Part shown: positions 1 through 8,844 of the stretch, piece by piece
Layout: each line of letters opens with the position of its first letter
Position numbering within the stretch: the first letter of the stretch is position 1
Source: Pseudomonas aeruginosa
GTDB lineage: Bacteria > Pseudomonadota > Gammaproteobacteria > Pseudomonadales > Pseudomonadaceae
Direction of reading: 5' to 3'
Assembly (NCBI RefSeq): GCF_001457615.1
Contig: NZ_LN831024.1
Coordinates: forward strand, 3,750,001-3,782,000
DNA: 32,000 nucleotides
Notes under the pieces: model-generated
Told to the model about the DNA's origin: nothing
What the model saw: only the letters and a program-made list of their open reading frames with translations
Databases searched by the model: none
Translations under genes and position numbers: made by a program

Positions 1-242
1 TCGTCGGGGGTCAACCAGGGCGCGGTGCCGACCGGCTCGACCAGGCCCAGTGCCTCGCGCACCAGCTCGGCGGTCTGCTGGGCGCGCACGTAGGGGCTGG
101 CGAGAATCCCGTCCAGCGGCAACCCGGCCAGCCGCGCGGCGCTCTGCAGCACCTCCTTGCGTCCATGGGCGGTCAGGCGCCGCTCGGAATCCCGGCTGGC
201 GTGCGGTTCGGCCTCGCCGTGGCGCAACAGCCAGAGTTTCAC
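1..242 (-). CDS. sixA: Phosphohistidine phosphatase SixA (partial, C-terminus runs off window)
   Basis: Minus-strand reading from GTG at 242-240 gives VKLWLLRHGEAEPHASRDSERRLTAHGRKEVLQSAARLAGLPLDGILASPYVRAQQTAELV..., with the RHGE motif of histidine phosphatases and a SixA-like sequence. Its GTG overlaps the TGA of the upstream gene (GTGA). Confidence 0.85.
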   Translation of the reverse strand, partial: MKLWLLRHGEAEPHASRDSERRLTAHGRKEVLQSAARLAGLPLDGILASPYVRAQQTAELVREALGLVEPVGTAPWLTPD

Positions 243-580
243 AACTTCGGCTCTTCGTCGCGCGCCGGGTGCGCGGCGGGCGGCACGCTGTGGGCGGCCT
301 CGCCCTCGGCGGCGCGGGCGCTCGGCCAGTCGGCGAACGGCCAGGGTTTCTCGTCGCTGTGGAAGGTACCGAAACGGCCGATCTGCGCCAGGTACTGGCT
401 GAGGCTGTCGCCGAAAGCCATCAGGCTGCCGTTCGGCGCGCCGTAGATCAGTCGGTAGACCAGTTGGATCACCACCACCGCCCCGAGGAGCAGTTCGGCG
501 ACCTGCCAGACCAGGACGAACAGCAGCATCCAGAGGATGCGGATGGCGATCGATTCGCGTGCTTGCGGGTCTGCGGACAT
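239..580 (-). CDS. DUF4389 domain-containing small membrane protein
   Basis: 113-aa ORF with a hydrophobic segment (IAIRILWMLLFVLVWQVAELLLGAVVVIQLVYRLIYG), between gpsA and sixA with close spacing or overlap. Confidence 0.75.
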   Translation of the reverse strand: MSADPQARESIAIRILWMLLFVLVWQVAELLLGAVVVIQLVYRLIYGAPNGSLMAFGDSLSQYLAQIGRFGTFHSDEKPWPFADWPSARAAEGEAAHSVPPAAHPARDEEPKL

Positions 581-593
581 GGCGGTCTCCTCG

Positions 594-1616
594 TCAGAAG
601 CCGGTGGTGGGAATGAAATCGACGTCGGTCTTCGGCTCGCCGCGCATCAGCAGCTGGATGACCTGCGCCAGGGTGCGGCCTTCGAAGAGGATCGCATGGA
701 GACCGGCGACCAGCGGCATGTACACCTGCATCTCGTCGGACTTTTCCTTGAGTACCTTGAGAGTGTTCACACCCTCCGCGGTCTCGCCCATGCGCGATAC
801 CGCCTCCTCCAGACTGAGCCCCTCGCCGAGGGCGTGGCCGACCTGGTAGTTGCGGCTCTTCGGCGAGGAACAGGTGACGATCAGGTCGCCGACGCCGGCG
901 AGGCCGAGAAAGGTCATCGGGTTGGCACCGAGCTTGACGGCGAACCGGGTCATTTCCGCCAGCGCGCGGGTAATCAGCATGCTGCGGGTGTTCTCGCCCA
1001 TGTCCATCGCCGCGGCCAGGCCGGCCATGATCGCGTAGACGTTCTTCAGCGCACCGCCGAGTTCCACTCCGAAGCGGTCGCGGCTGGCGTAGACGCGGAA
1101 GGTGCGGCCGTGCAGGGCCGCCTGGACGCGGGCGCACAGCTCGTCGTCCTCGCTGGCGACCACCGTGGCGGTCAGCTCGTGCTCTGCGATCTCGCGCGCC
1201 AGGTTCGGGCCGGAAATCACCCCGATGCGGGCTTGCGGGGCGATTTCCTCGAGGATCTCACTCATCAGCTTGAAGGTGTGCGCCTCGATGCCCTTGGTCA
1301 GGCTCACCAGCAGCTTGTCCGTCAATGCCGCCTGATGTGGTTGCAGCACCTTGCGCAGGGCGCTGGAGGGCAAGGCGACGAAGATCAGTTGGCAATCGGC
1401 CAGGGTGCGCTCCAGGTCGGTGACCGGCTCGACCCCGGGATGCACCTTGACCCCTTTCAGGTAGCGCGGGTTCTCGCGTCGGCTGCGGATCGCCTCGGCC
1501 TGCTCCGGGTCGCGCATCCACTGGCGGACCGCCTGGCCGTTCTCGGCCAGCAGGTTGGCGATGGCGGTGCCGAAACTGCCGCCGCCGAGCACGGCAATCG
1601 GTTGCTGCTCTGTCAT
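594..1616 (-). CDS. gpsA: NAD(P)-dependent glycerol-3-phosphate dehydrogenase
   Basis: 340-aa ORF beginning [27 protein letters not shown] (Rossmann motif), with [33 protein letters not shown] and [23 protein letters not shown] typical of GpsA. Confidence 0.97.
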   Translation of the reverse strand: MTEQQPIAVLGGGSFGTAIANLLAENGQAVRQWMRDPEQAEAIRSRRENPRYLKGVKVHPGVEPVTDLERTLADCQLIFVALPSSALRKVLQPHQAALTDKLLVSLTKGIEAHTFKLMSEILEEIAPQARIGVISGPNLAREIAEHELTATVVASEDDELCARVQAALHGRTFRVYASRDRFGVELGGALKNVYAIMAGLAAAMDMGENTRSMLITRALAEMTRFAVKLGANPMTFLGLAGVGDLIVTCSSPKSRNYQVGHALGEGLSLEEAVSRMGETAEGVNTLKVLKEKSDEMQVYMPLVAGLHAILFEGRTLAQVIQLLMRGEPKTDVDFIPTTGF

Positions 1617-1766
1617 GATTCATCCATTTCTGGCCGCCACGCGGCAATCACGCCATTATACGGTCGGCCAGCCGGCCGACCAGTCTTGACGCCGGCGCTG
1701 GCAAAAGCCCGCGCCTCGTTTACCATGCCCGGGCTAGACAATACCTATCGAGAACAAGGTCGTTCC

Positions 1767-3875
1767 GTGCCCATCGCTTCACGTGCTCCCGCCTCCCTGA
1801 CCCTGCTGGCCCTGCTGTTCGGCGGCAAGCTCGCGGCCGCCGACCTGTTCAACGATCCCAGCGGCGTTCCCGAAGTATTGACCGCGACACGCCTGAAACA
1901 ATCCCCGGCGGAAGTTCCCGGCAGCATCAGCGTGCTCGACCGCGAGCTGATCGTCGCCAGCGGCGCCCGCGACATTCCCGAACTGATGCGCCTGGTCCCG
2001 GGCATGATGGTCGGCTACCTGTCCGGCAACCAGCCCACGGTCAACTACCACGGCACCAGCATGTCGGGGGCGCGGCGCCTGCAGGTGCTGATCGACGGCC
2101 GCTCGGTGTACCGCCCGGGCCTTGCCAGCGTCGACTGGAGCGACCTGCCGCTGGCCCTCGAGGATGTCGAGCGGATCGAAGTGTTCCGTGGGCCGAATAC
2201 CGTCAGCTACGGCGCCAACGCATTGATGGGGGTGATCAACATCATCACCCGCGCCCCCGGCGAGTCGCCCGGCACGCGCCTGAAGTACACGGCGGGCCAG
2301 CGCGGCATCCGCGACTGGTACGCCAGCCAGAGCATCGCCCTGGAAGACAGCGACTTCCGCCTGTCGCTGTCCGGCCAGGAAGACGACGGCTTCGACCGCG
2401 ACCACGACGGTCACGCCCTGCGCGACGGCCGCCGGCTCAGCCGCTTCAACCTCAACGCCAGCCACAGCCTGGCGCCGAACCAGAGCCTGGAGTGGCAACT
2501 GGCGGCCAAGGAAGGCTCGAACCAGCACCCCTACGCCTACCGCTCGCCGTTTCCCCAGGTTCCCGACGACATCGACAACTCCGATACGCTCGCCCACGAC
2601 TATGCCGGTTCTCTGCGCTGGAATGTCGACCTCGACCCGCGCCACAGCTTCTATATACAAGGCTACGCACAGCACTGGGAGCGCCGGCAGGAATGGAACG
2701 CCTGCGAGGCGGCCATTGCCTTCAGCCCGCAACTGGCGCAGCTCTGGGAACTGAACCCGGACTACCTGCGCAGGTTCGCCGACGATCCGACCCGGCTGCC
2801 GCCCGGCAGCGCCCAGGAGTTGCAACTGGCGACCCAGGTCCTCGACCAGCTACGCAATGGCGGACTGCGTCCGGTCTGCGGACGGGTCGACCGCAACATC
2901 CGGGAAAGCCGCTACGACCTGGAGATGCAGGACACCCTCAGCCTGGGCGACAACCTGCGCCTGCTGAACGGCCTGAGCTACCGCTACGACCAGGCAAACT
3001 CCGAGACCTTCTACGGCGGCAGGGTCAGCAGCCAGATCTGGCGGCTGTTCAGCCAATTGGAGTGGCATGCCGGCGAACACTGGCTGCTGCAGGGCGGGGG
3101 GATGCTCGAAGACGTCGAGGGCTCCGGCAGTTCGTTCAGCCCGCGGCTGGCGGTGAACTACCTGTTCAACCCCCAGCACAGCCTGCGCGCGGTCTATTCG
3201 GAGGCAGTGCGGTCACCGGGCATGTACGAAAACGACGTCGACTGGCGCTACCGAGTCCGCCACCTGACACCGGCGCCCTATGGGCAGAGCGAAGCCTACT
3301 ACTTCGCCAGCGCCCACGGCCCCGGCGACCTGGGCAAGGAACACACCCGTTCGCGCGAGATCGGCTACAACGGTTTTTTCCGCGAGACCGGACTGGCCGT
3401 GGATGTACGCCTGTTCCACGAGGAAATCACCGGACTGATCAGCGATCCGCTCAGCGTCGTCGACTTCAGTCCGGACAACGGCGATCGCATCCGCTTCTCC
3501 GGCGCGGAAGGCCAGCTCGACTGGCGCCTGGGCCTACGCGACCGCCTGCGCGCCACCTACGCCTATCTCGACTACGACGCCACCAGTCGCTACGACCGGC
3601 GCCTGACCGCCCGCCACGGCGGCTCGGCCGGCTGGATGCACGACTGGGGCCAAGGCTGGTCCAGCGCCCTCTTCTATTACGGCGACGATTCGCTCAATGG
3701 ACATCGTTTCGAACGCGTCGACCTGCGCCTGGCCAAGCGCATTACCCTGGGCAAGGCCGCCCTGGAATTGGCCGGCGTGCTCCAACAGCGTCTCGACGAC
3801 CAACCGCTGACGTTTCCCGACAACCGCTACGACAGCCGCCACCTGCTCTACTTCAGCGCCGAGGTGACGTTCTAG
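1767..3875 (+). CDS. TonB-dependent outer-membrane receptor
   Basis: Part of ORF 537..3875. The GTG at 1767 gives the signal peptide VPIASRAPASLTLLALLFGGKLAAA; an in-frame ATG at 1725 is an alternative. Plug domain seen as VPEVLTATRLKQSPAEVPGSISVLDREL...VYRPGLASVDWSDLPLALEDVERIEVFRGPNTVSYGANALMGVINIITR. C-terminus ends in aromatic residue F (HLLYFSAEVTF), typical of OM beta barrels. Confidence 0.88.
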   Translation: MPIASRAPASLTLLALLFGGKLAAADLFNDPSGVPEVLTATRLKQSPAEVPGSISVLDRELIVASGARDIPELMRLVPGMMVGYLSGNQPTVNYHGTSMSGARRLQVLIDGRSVYRPGLASVDWSDLPLALEDVERIEVFRGPNTVSYGANALMGVINIITRAPGESPGTRLKYTAGQRGIRDWYASQSIALEDSDFRLSLSGQEDDGFDRDHDGHALRDGRRLSRFNLNASHSLAPNQSLEWQLAAKEGSNQHPYAYRSPFPQVPDDIDNSDTLAHDYAGSLRWNVDLDPRHSFYIQGYAQHWERRQEWNACEAAIAFSPQLAQLWELNPDYLRRFADDPTRLPPGSAQELQLATQVLDQLRNGGLRPVCGRVDRNIRESRYDLEMQDTLSLGDNLRLLNGLSYRYDQANSETFYGGRVSSQIWRLFSQLEWHAGEHWLLQGGGMLEDVEGSGSSFSPRLAVNYLFNPQHSLRAVYSEAVRSPGMYENDVDWRYRVRHLTPAPYGQSEAYYFASAHGPGDLGKEHTRSREIGYNGFFRETGLAVDVRLFHEEITGLISDPLSVVDFSPDNGDRIRFSGAEGQLDWRLGLRDRLRATYAYLDYDATSRYDRRLTARHGGSAGWMHDWGQGWSSALFYYGDDSLNGHRFERVDLRLAKRITLGKAALELAGVLQQRLDDQPLTFPDNRYDSRHLLYFSAEVTF

Positions 3876-4805
3876 ATGCGTCGCTTGCGCCCCGCCCGTC
3901 GGGCTTTCCAGGCGCTGCTCGCGCTCGTCGTCTGCTGTCTCGCGCATGTCGGCGAGGCCGCGCAACTGGTCCTGGTCAGCGCCAACCAGGGGGCCGCGGT
4001 GAACGCCTTTCGCGACGCCCTGTCGCAGCGACGGCCGCAGGACCAGGTGGAACTGCGCACGCCCGCGGCCCTGGCGGAGGGGATGGTCTTCAACGACGAC
4101 ACCCGCCTGCTCCTGCTCGGCCCCGAGGCCCTGGCCTGGCGCCTGCGCCAGCACCGGGCGCCACCGACCCTGGCGCTGCTGCTCAACCGGGTCGATGGCC
4201 AGCGCCTGCTGCCAGGCGCCAACGGGCATGGCGGACACGGCGTCGGAGGGCTCTGCGTACTCTGGAGCGACCCGCCGGCGGCCCGCCAGCTCCGCCTGGC
4301 GCGCCTGATCCTGCCGGGCATCCAGCGCATCGGCGTGCTCTACGGCAAGGACAGCGAATTCCTCCTCGACGAGCTTCGTCGCGAGGCCCGCAGCCAGGGG
4401 CTCGAGCTGTTCGTCGCCAGCAGCAGCGGCAACGACGACCCGCGCCCGCTGCAGTTCCTGCTCGGCAATAGTGACCTGCTGCTCGGCATCGACGACAAAC
4501 AGCTGTACAACTCGCAGAGCATCAAGAGCCTGCTGCTCGGCAGCTACGCCAAGAACCGCGCGCTGCTCGGACCCACCGCAGCCTTCGTCAAGGCCGGCAG
4601 CCTGGCGAGCAGCTACAGCGACCAGGAGGACTGGCTGGACACCCTCGACGAACTGCTCGGCCAGGCGCCCAGGCACTGGCCCCTCAGCCTCTATCCAGGA
4701 CATTTCAAGGTGCTCGGCAATCGGCAGGTAGCCCGCTCCCTGGGTATCGACCTGGCCAGCGACGCCGACCTCGGCCGGCGCCTCGCCGAAGGAGAAGAAC
4801 CATGA
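3876..4805 (+). CDS. ABC-type uncharacterized periplasmic substrate-binding protein
   Basis: 309-aa ORF starting immediately after the TAG of the TonB receptor, with signal peptide RRAFQALLALVVCCLAHVGEA. Fold and sequence resemble the ABC_sub_bind family (RIGVLYGKDSEFLLDELRREARSQGLEL). No permease or ATPase adjacent. Confidence 0.7.
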   Translation: MRRLRPARRAFQALLALVVCCLAHVGEAAQLVLVSANQGAAVNAFRDALSQRRPQDQVELRTPAALAEGMVFNDDTRLLLLGPEALAWRLRQHRAPPTLALLLNRVDGQRLLPGANGHGGHGVGGLCVLWSDPPAARQLRLARLILPGIQRIGVLYGKDSEFLLDELRREARSQGLELFVASSSGNDDPRPLQFLLGNSDLLLGIDDKQLYNSQSIKSLLLGSYAKNRALLGPTAAFVKAGSLASSYSDQEDWLDTLDELLGQAPRHWPLSLYPGHFKVLGNRQVARSLGIDLASDADLGRRLAEGEEP

Positions 4806-6757
4806 GCCAGCGCCACGGCTGGGACATCCGTACCCGCATGCTGGCGATCAGCCTGGGCCCGGCGCTGTTGCTGACCCTGCTGCTCACCGCCTACTTCACC
4901 TACTCCCGCTTGCAGGACCTGCGCCAGGAACTGACCCATACCGGCCAGTTGATCGCCGACCAGTTGGCGCCGGCCGCCGAATACGGCGTGATCGCCGGCA
5001 ACACGCCCGTGCTGCAGAAGCTGCTGCAGGCCACCCTCGACACCCCGCATGTGCGCTTCATCGAGGTACGCGACCGCAACGACAATATCCTGGTGTACGT
5101 CGAACAGTTGTCCGGCGCGTTGCAGAACGCCGCGCCGATCGACATCTTCCACTCCACCATCCAGCGCCAGCGCATCGCCCTGGCCAGCGACCCGCTGCTG
5201 GACGGCGCCAGCGAAGGCGACGGCCAGTCCGGCGAGGACTACCTCGGCCGGGTGGTGGTCGGCATGTCCAACGACGCCTTCAGCCAGCGGCAACAGGAAA
5301 TCCTCCTGAAGGCCGCCCTGCTGGCCGCCTTCGCCCTGATCCTCACCTTCCTCGTCGCGCGCCGCCTGGCGCAGCGCCTGTCGGCGCCGATCAGCACCAT
5401 GGGCCAGGCGGTCGAGGCGATCCAGAGCGGCGACTACAAGACCAGCCTGCCGATCCTCGACGACGGCGAGATCGGCGACCTGGCCCGTCACATCAACAAT
5501 CTCGCCAGCGGGCTGGACCGCGCGAGCCGGGAACAGGAACAGGCGATCGGCCAATTGATCAGCGCCCGCGAGGAAGCGGAGCAGGCGAACCGGGCGAAGT
5601 CCGACTTCCTGGCGATGATGAGCCACGAGCTTCGCACCCCGATGAACGGCGTGCTGGGCATGCTGCAACTGCTGGAAACCACCGAGCAGACCCGCGAACA
5701 GGCCGAGTACACGGCGCTGGCCACCGAGTCCACCGAACACCTGCTGAAGGTCATCAACGACATTCTCGATTTCTCAAGGATCGAACGCGGCGCGCTGGAA
5801 CTGGAGTGCATTCCCTTCAACCTGCTGGAACTGGTGCAAGGCTCCGCCCTGGTGTTCCAGCACAGCGCCCAGCAACGCGGACTGGCGCTGGAATTGCAGA
5901 TCCAGGCCGGCCTGGAGAATATCGAGGTCTGCGGCGATCCGACGCGTATCCGACAGATCCTGGTGAATCTGCTGGGTAATGCGCTGAAATTCACCGAGGA
6001 AGGCGCCATCCATCTCAGCCTGGAGTGGCAGGCGCTCGATCACGACGTACTGTGGCTGACCTGCGCGGTGCACGACAGCGGCATCGGCATCTCGCCGGAA
6101 CGCCTGGAACATATGTTCGACGCCTTCCAGCAGGCGGATTCGTCGATTTCCCGGCGCTACGGCGGCACCGGGCTCGGCCTGGCGATCGCCAGGACGCTGG
6201 CGGAACGGATGGGCGGCACCCTGCAGGCAGAGAGCAAGGAAGGCTCGGGATCGACCTTCACCCTGGAGATTCCGCTGCCCTTCCAGCAGTCGCCGGCGCA
6301 CCGGCAGCAGGCCGCTGGCGACGCCGCCCCGGTCGCCGCCGGTCAGGAAATCCTCCTGGTCGAGGACAATCCGGTGAACCAGACAGTCATAGAAGCCATG
6401 TTGCGCAGCCTCGGCTATCGCGTCACCCTGGTCGCCGACGGTATCCAGGCGGTGCGCAGCGCCGAGCGCCAGCGCTACGACGCGATCCTGATGGACTGCC
6501 GCCTGCCGGTGCTCGACGGCTACTCGGCGACACGGGAAATCAGGGCCCAGGAGAACGGCCGGCGGGTACCGATCATCGCCCTGACCGCCAACGCCCTGCA
6601 GGGCGATCGGGAGAACTGCCTGCAGGCGGGAATGAACGATTACCTGGCCAAGCCATTCAAACGGGCGGAATTGCAACGCATACTGCAACGCTGGATCGGC
6701 TCGCAGCCGGAACTCCCCGTGACGTCGAACGAAACCGGACGAGGGGAGCCGGAATGA
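4802..6757 (+). CDS. GacS/BarA-like hybrid sensor histidine kinase (periplasmic sensor, HAMP, HisKA, HATPase, receiver; no Hpt)
   Basis: 651 aa. BarA-like N-terminus with TM1 ISLGPALLLTLLLTAYFTYSRL, H-box DFLAMMSHELRTPMNGVLGML, N-box QILVNLLGNALKF, SGIGI and GGTGLGLAI, and receiver ILLVEDNPVNQTVI...ILMDCRLPVLDG...LAKPF. Starts in an ATGA overlap with the previous gene. Matches PAO1 PA1611 as I recall it. Confidence 0.93.
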   Translation: MSQRHGWDIRTRMLAISLGPALLLTLLLTAYFTYSRLQDLRQELTHTGQLIADQLAPAAEYGVIAGNTPVLQKLLQATLDTPHVRFIEVRDRNDNILVYVEQLSGALQNAAPIDIFHSTIQRQRIALASDPLLDGASEGDGQSGEDYLGRVVVGMSNDAFSQRQQEILLKAALLAAFALILTFLVARRLAQRLSAPISTMGQAVEAIQSGDYKTSLPILDDGEIGDLARHINNLASGLDRASREQEQAIGQLISAREEAEQANRAKSDFLAMMSHELRTPMNGVLGMLQLLETTEQTREQAEYTALATESTEHLLKVINDILDFSRIERGALELECIPFNLLELVQGSALVFQHSAQQRGLALELQIQAGLENIEVCGDPTRIRQILVNLLGNALKFTEEGAIHLSLEWQALDHDVLWLTCAVHDSGIGISPERLEHMFDAFQQADSSISRRYGGTGLGLAIARTLAERMGGTLQAESKEGSGSTFTLEIPLPFQQSPAHRQQAAGDAAPVAAGQEILLVEDNPVNQTVIEAMLRSLGYRVTLVADGIQAVRSAERQRYDAILMDCRLPVLDGYSATREIRAQENGRRVPIIALTANALQGDRENCLQAGMNDYLAKPFKRAELQRILQRWIGSQPELPVTSNETGRGEPE

Positions 6758-6793
6758 TCTACGACAAGGGCGGCAAGCGGACGCGGGAATAAA

Positions 6794-6809
6794 GTGAACA
6801 TCTGTTCGC
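6794..6809. promoter_or_regulatory. Candidate DesT-type operator upstream of fabA
   Basis: Imperfect palindrome GTGAAC-ATCT-GTTCGC (half-sites pair with one mismatch) in the fabA leader region. fabAB is a known DesT target in P. aeruginosa. Confidence 0.5.
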
Positions 6810-6945
6810 CGGACACTGTGACTTTCACCGCAACGCAACAGTCTATGACTAGGCTGCCGCTGCGACGCCGATACAATAACCCGGCGCGACGGCCGCTGGA
6901 CGAACCGCCACAACCCTGCAGTTCAGGGATTTTTGAGGAGCTCGC

Positions 6946-7461
6946 ATGACCAAACAACACGCCTTCACCCGAGAAGACCTGCTGCGCTGCAGTCGCGGCG
7001 AGCTGTTCGGCCCGGGTAACGCGCAACTTCCCGCCCCCAACATGCTGATGATCGATCGCATCGTTCACATCAGCGATGTCGGCGGCAAGTATGGCAAGGG
7101 CGAGCTGGTCGCCGAGCTGGATATCAACCCGGACCTGTGGTTCTTCGCCTGTCACTTCGAAGGCGATCCGGTCATGCCCGGTTGCCTGGGCCTGGATGCC
7201 ATGTGGCAGCTGGTCGGTTTCTACCTCGGCTGGCAGGGCAACCCCGGCCGCGGCCGCGCCCTGGGTTCGGGCGAAGTGAAGTTCTTCGGTCAGGTTCTGC
7301 CGACAGCGAAGAAGGTCACGTATAACATTCATATCAAGCGCACGATCAATCGTTCGCTGGTCCTGGCCATCGCCGACGGCACCGTCAGCGTCGATGGCCG
7401 CGAAATCTACAGTGCCGAAGGCCTCCGCGTCGGCCTGTTCACCTCCACTGACAGCTTCTAA
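6946..7461 (+). CDS. fabA: 3-hydroxydecanoyl-ACP dehydratase/isomerase
   Basis: 171-aa [25 protein letters not shown]...[32 protein letters not shown], the FabA signature with catalytic His and the following Asp-containing motif. Confidence 0.98.
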
Positions 7462-7472
7462 GGGTTATCCGC

Positions 7473-8690
7473 ATGCGTCGCGTCGTTATCACCGGTCTGG
7501 GCATCGTTTCCTGCCTCGGCAATGACAAAGACACCGTTTCCGCCAACCTCCGTGCGGGTCGGCCCGGCATTCGCTTCAATCCGTCCTACGCCGAGATGGG
7601 CCTGCGCAGCCACGTTTCCGGTTCGGTCGACCTGAACCTCGAAGAGCTGATCGATCGCAAGGTCTTCCGCTTCATGGGCGATGCCGCCGCTTACGCCTAC
7701 CTGGCGATGGAGCAGGCGATCAAGGACTCCGGCCTGACTCCGGAACAGATTTCCAACCCCCGCACCGGCCTGATCGCCGGCTCCGGCGGCGCTTCCACCC
7801 TGAACCAGATGGAAGCCATCGATACCCTGCGCGAGAAAGGCGTCAAGCGCATCGGCCCATACCGCGTGACCCGCACCATGGGCAGCACCGTATCGGCCTG
7901 CCTGGCCACGCCGTTCCAGATCAAGGGCGTCAACTACTCGATCTCCTCCGCCTGCGCCACCAGCGCGCATTGCATCGGCCAGGCCATGGAACAGATCCAG
8001 TTGGGCAAGCAGGACGTGGTCTTCGCCGGCGGCGGCGAAGAGGAACACTGGAGCCAGAGCTGCCTGTTCGACGCCATGGGCGCCCTCTCCACCCAGTACA
8101 ACGAGACGCCGGAAAAGGCCTCCCGCGCCTACGACGCCAAGCGTGACGGCTTCGTCATCGCCGGCGGCGGCGGCATGGTGGTGGTCGAGGAGCTGGAGCA
8201 TGCGCTCAAGCGCGGCGCCAAGATCTACGCCGAGATCGTCGGCTACGGCGCCACCTCCGACGGCTACGACATGGTCGCCCCGAGCGGCGAAGGCGCGATC
8301 CGCTGCATGCAGCAGGCGCTGGCCACCGTCGACGCGCCGATCGACTACCTGAACACCCACGGCACCTCCACCCCGGTCGGCGACGTCGCCGAGATCCGAG
8401 GCGTGCGCGAAGTGTTCGGTGACAAGGCGCCGGCCATCAGCTCGACGAAGAGCCTGTCCGGCCACTCGCTGGGCGCCGCCGGCGTGCACGAGGCGATCTA
8501 TTGCCTGCTGATGATGGAGGGCGGCTTCATCGCCGGCTCCGCCAACATCGACGAACTCGACCCGGAAGTGGCCGACCTGCCGATTCTCCGCGAGACCCGC
8601 GAGAACGCCAAGCTCGATACCGTCATGAGCAACAGCTTCGGCTTCGGCGGCACCAACGCCACCCTGGTCCTCAAGCGCTGGCAGGGTTGA
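7473..8690 (+). CDS. fabB: 3-oxoacyl-ACP synthase I
   Basis: 405-aa [21 protein letters not shown]...[14 protein letters not shown]...[12 protein letters not shown]...[11 protein letters not shown], with Cys-His-His KAS I motifs, 11 bp downstream of fabA. Confidence 0.98.
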
Positions 8691-8709
8691 TTCCCTCCAT
8701 CGCCGCATG

Positions 8710-8733
8710 AAGCGCCCTCCGGGGCGCTTTTTT
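8710..8733 (+). terminator. Rho-independent terminator after fabB
   Basis: AAGCGCCC-TCCG-GGGCGCTT followed by TTTT: 8-bp GC-rich stem, 4-nt loop, T run. Confidence 0.9.
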
Positions 8734-8844
8734 GTACCCAGCGTTTCTTTACCCGGACTGCATGAACGGGCTAAACCTCCCGCCCTGCCTGCCGATAGTA
8801 CTGGTCAGCCCCGTCCCTCTTCCTGCCCCCTGGAATCCGCCATC

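Noticed and set aside
537-1724. N-terminal roughly 396-codon extension of the TonB receptor ORF (track ORF 537..3875)
   Set aside because: It runs antisense through gpsA, which is a clear gene; the signal peptide and plug domain only begin after 1725/1767. Open only because of high-GC codon bias.
2492-4471. 659-aa ORF in another frame over the TonB receptor and binding-protein genes
   Set aside because: Composition is Arg/Pro/Gly-rich shadow-frame sequence with no recognisable family; the other frame carries convincing domains.
3876-4805. Reading the ABC_sub_bind-like protein as part of a complete ABC importer
   Set aside because: No permease or ATPase gene is adjacent; the neighbours are a TonB receptor and a sensor kinase.
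8707-8844. Upstream part of the 587-aa MCP ORF
   Set aside because: It spans the fabB Rho-independent terminator and has no resemblance to MCP N-termini; start at 8845 gives a proper TM1.
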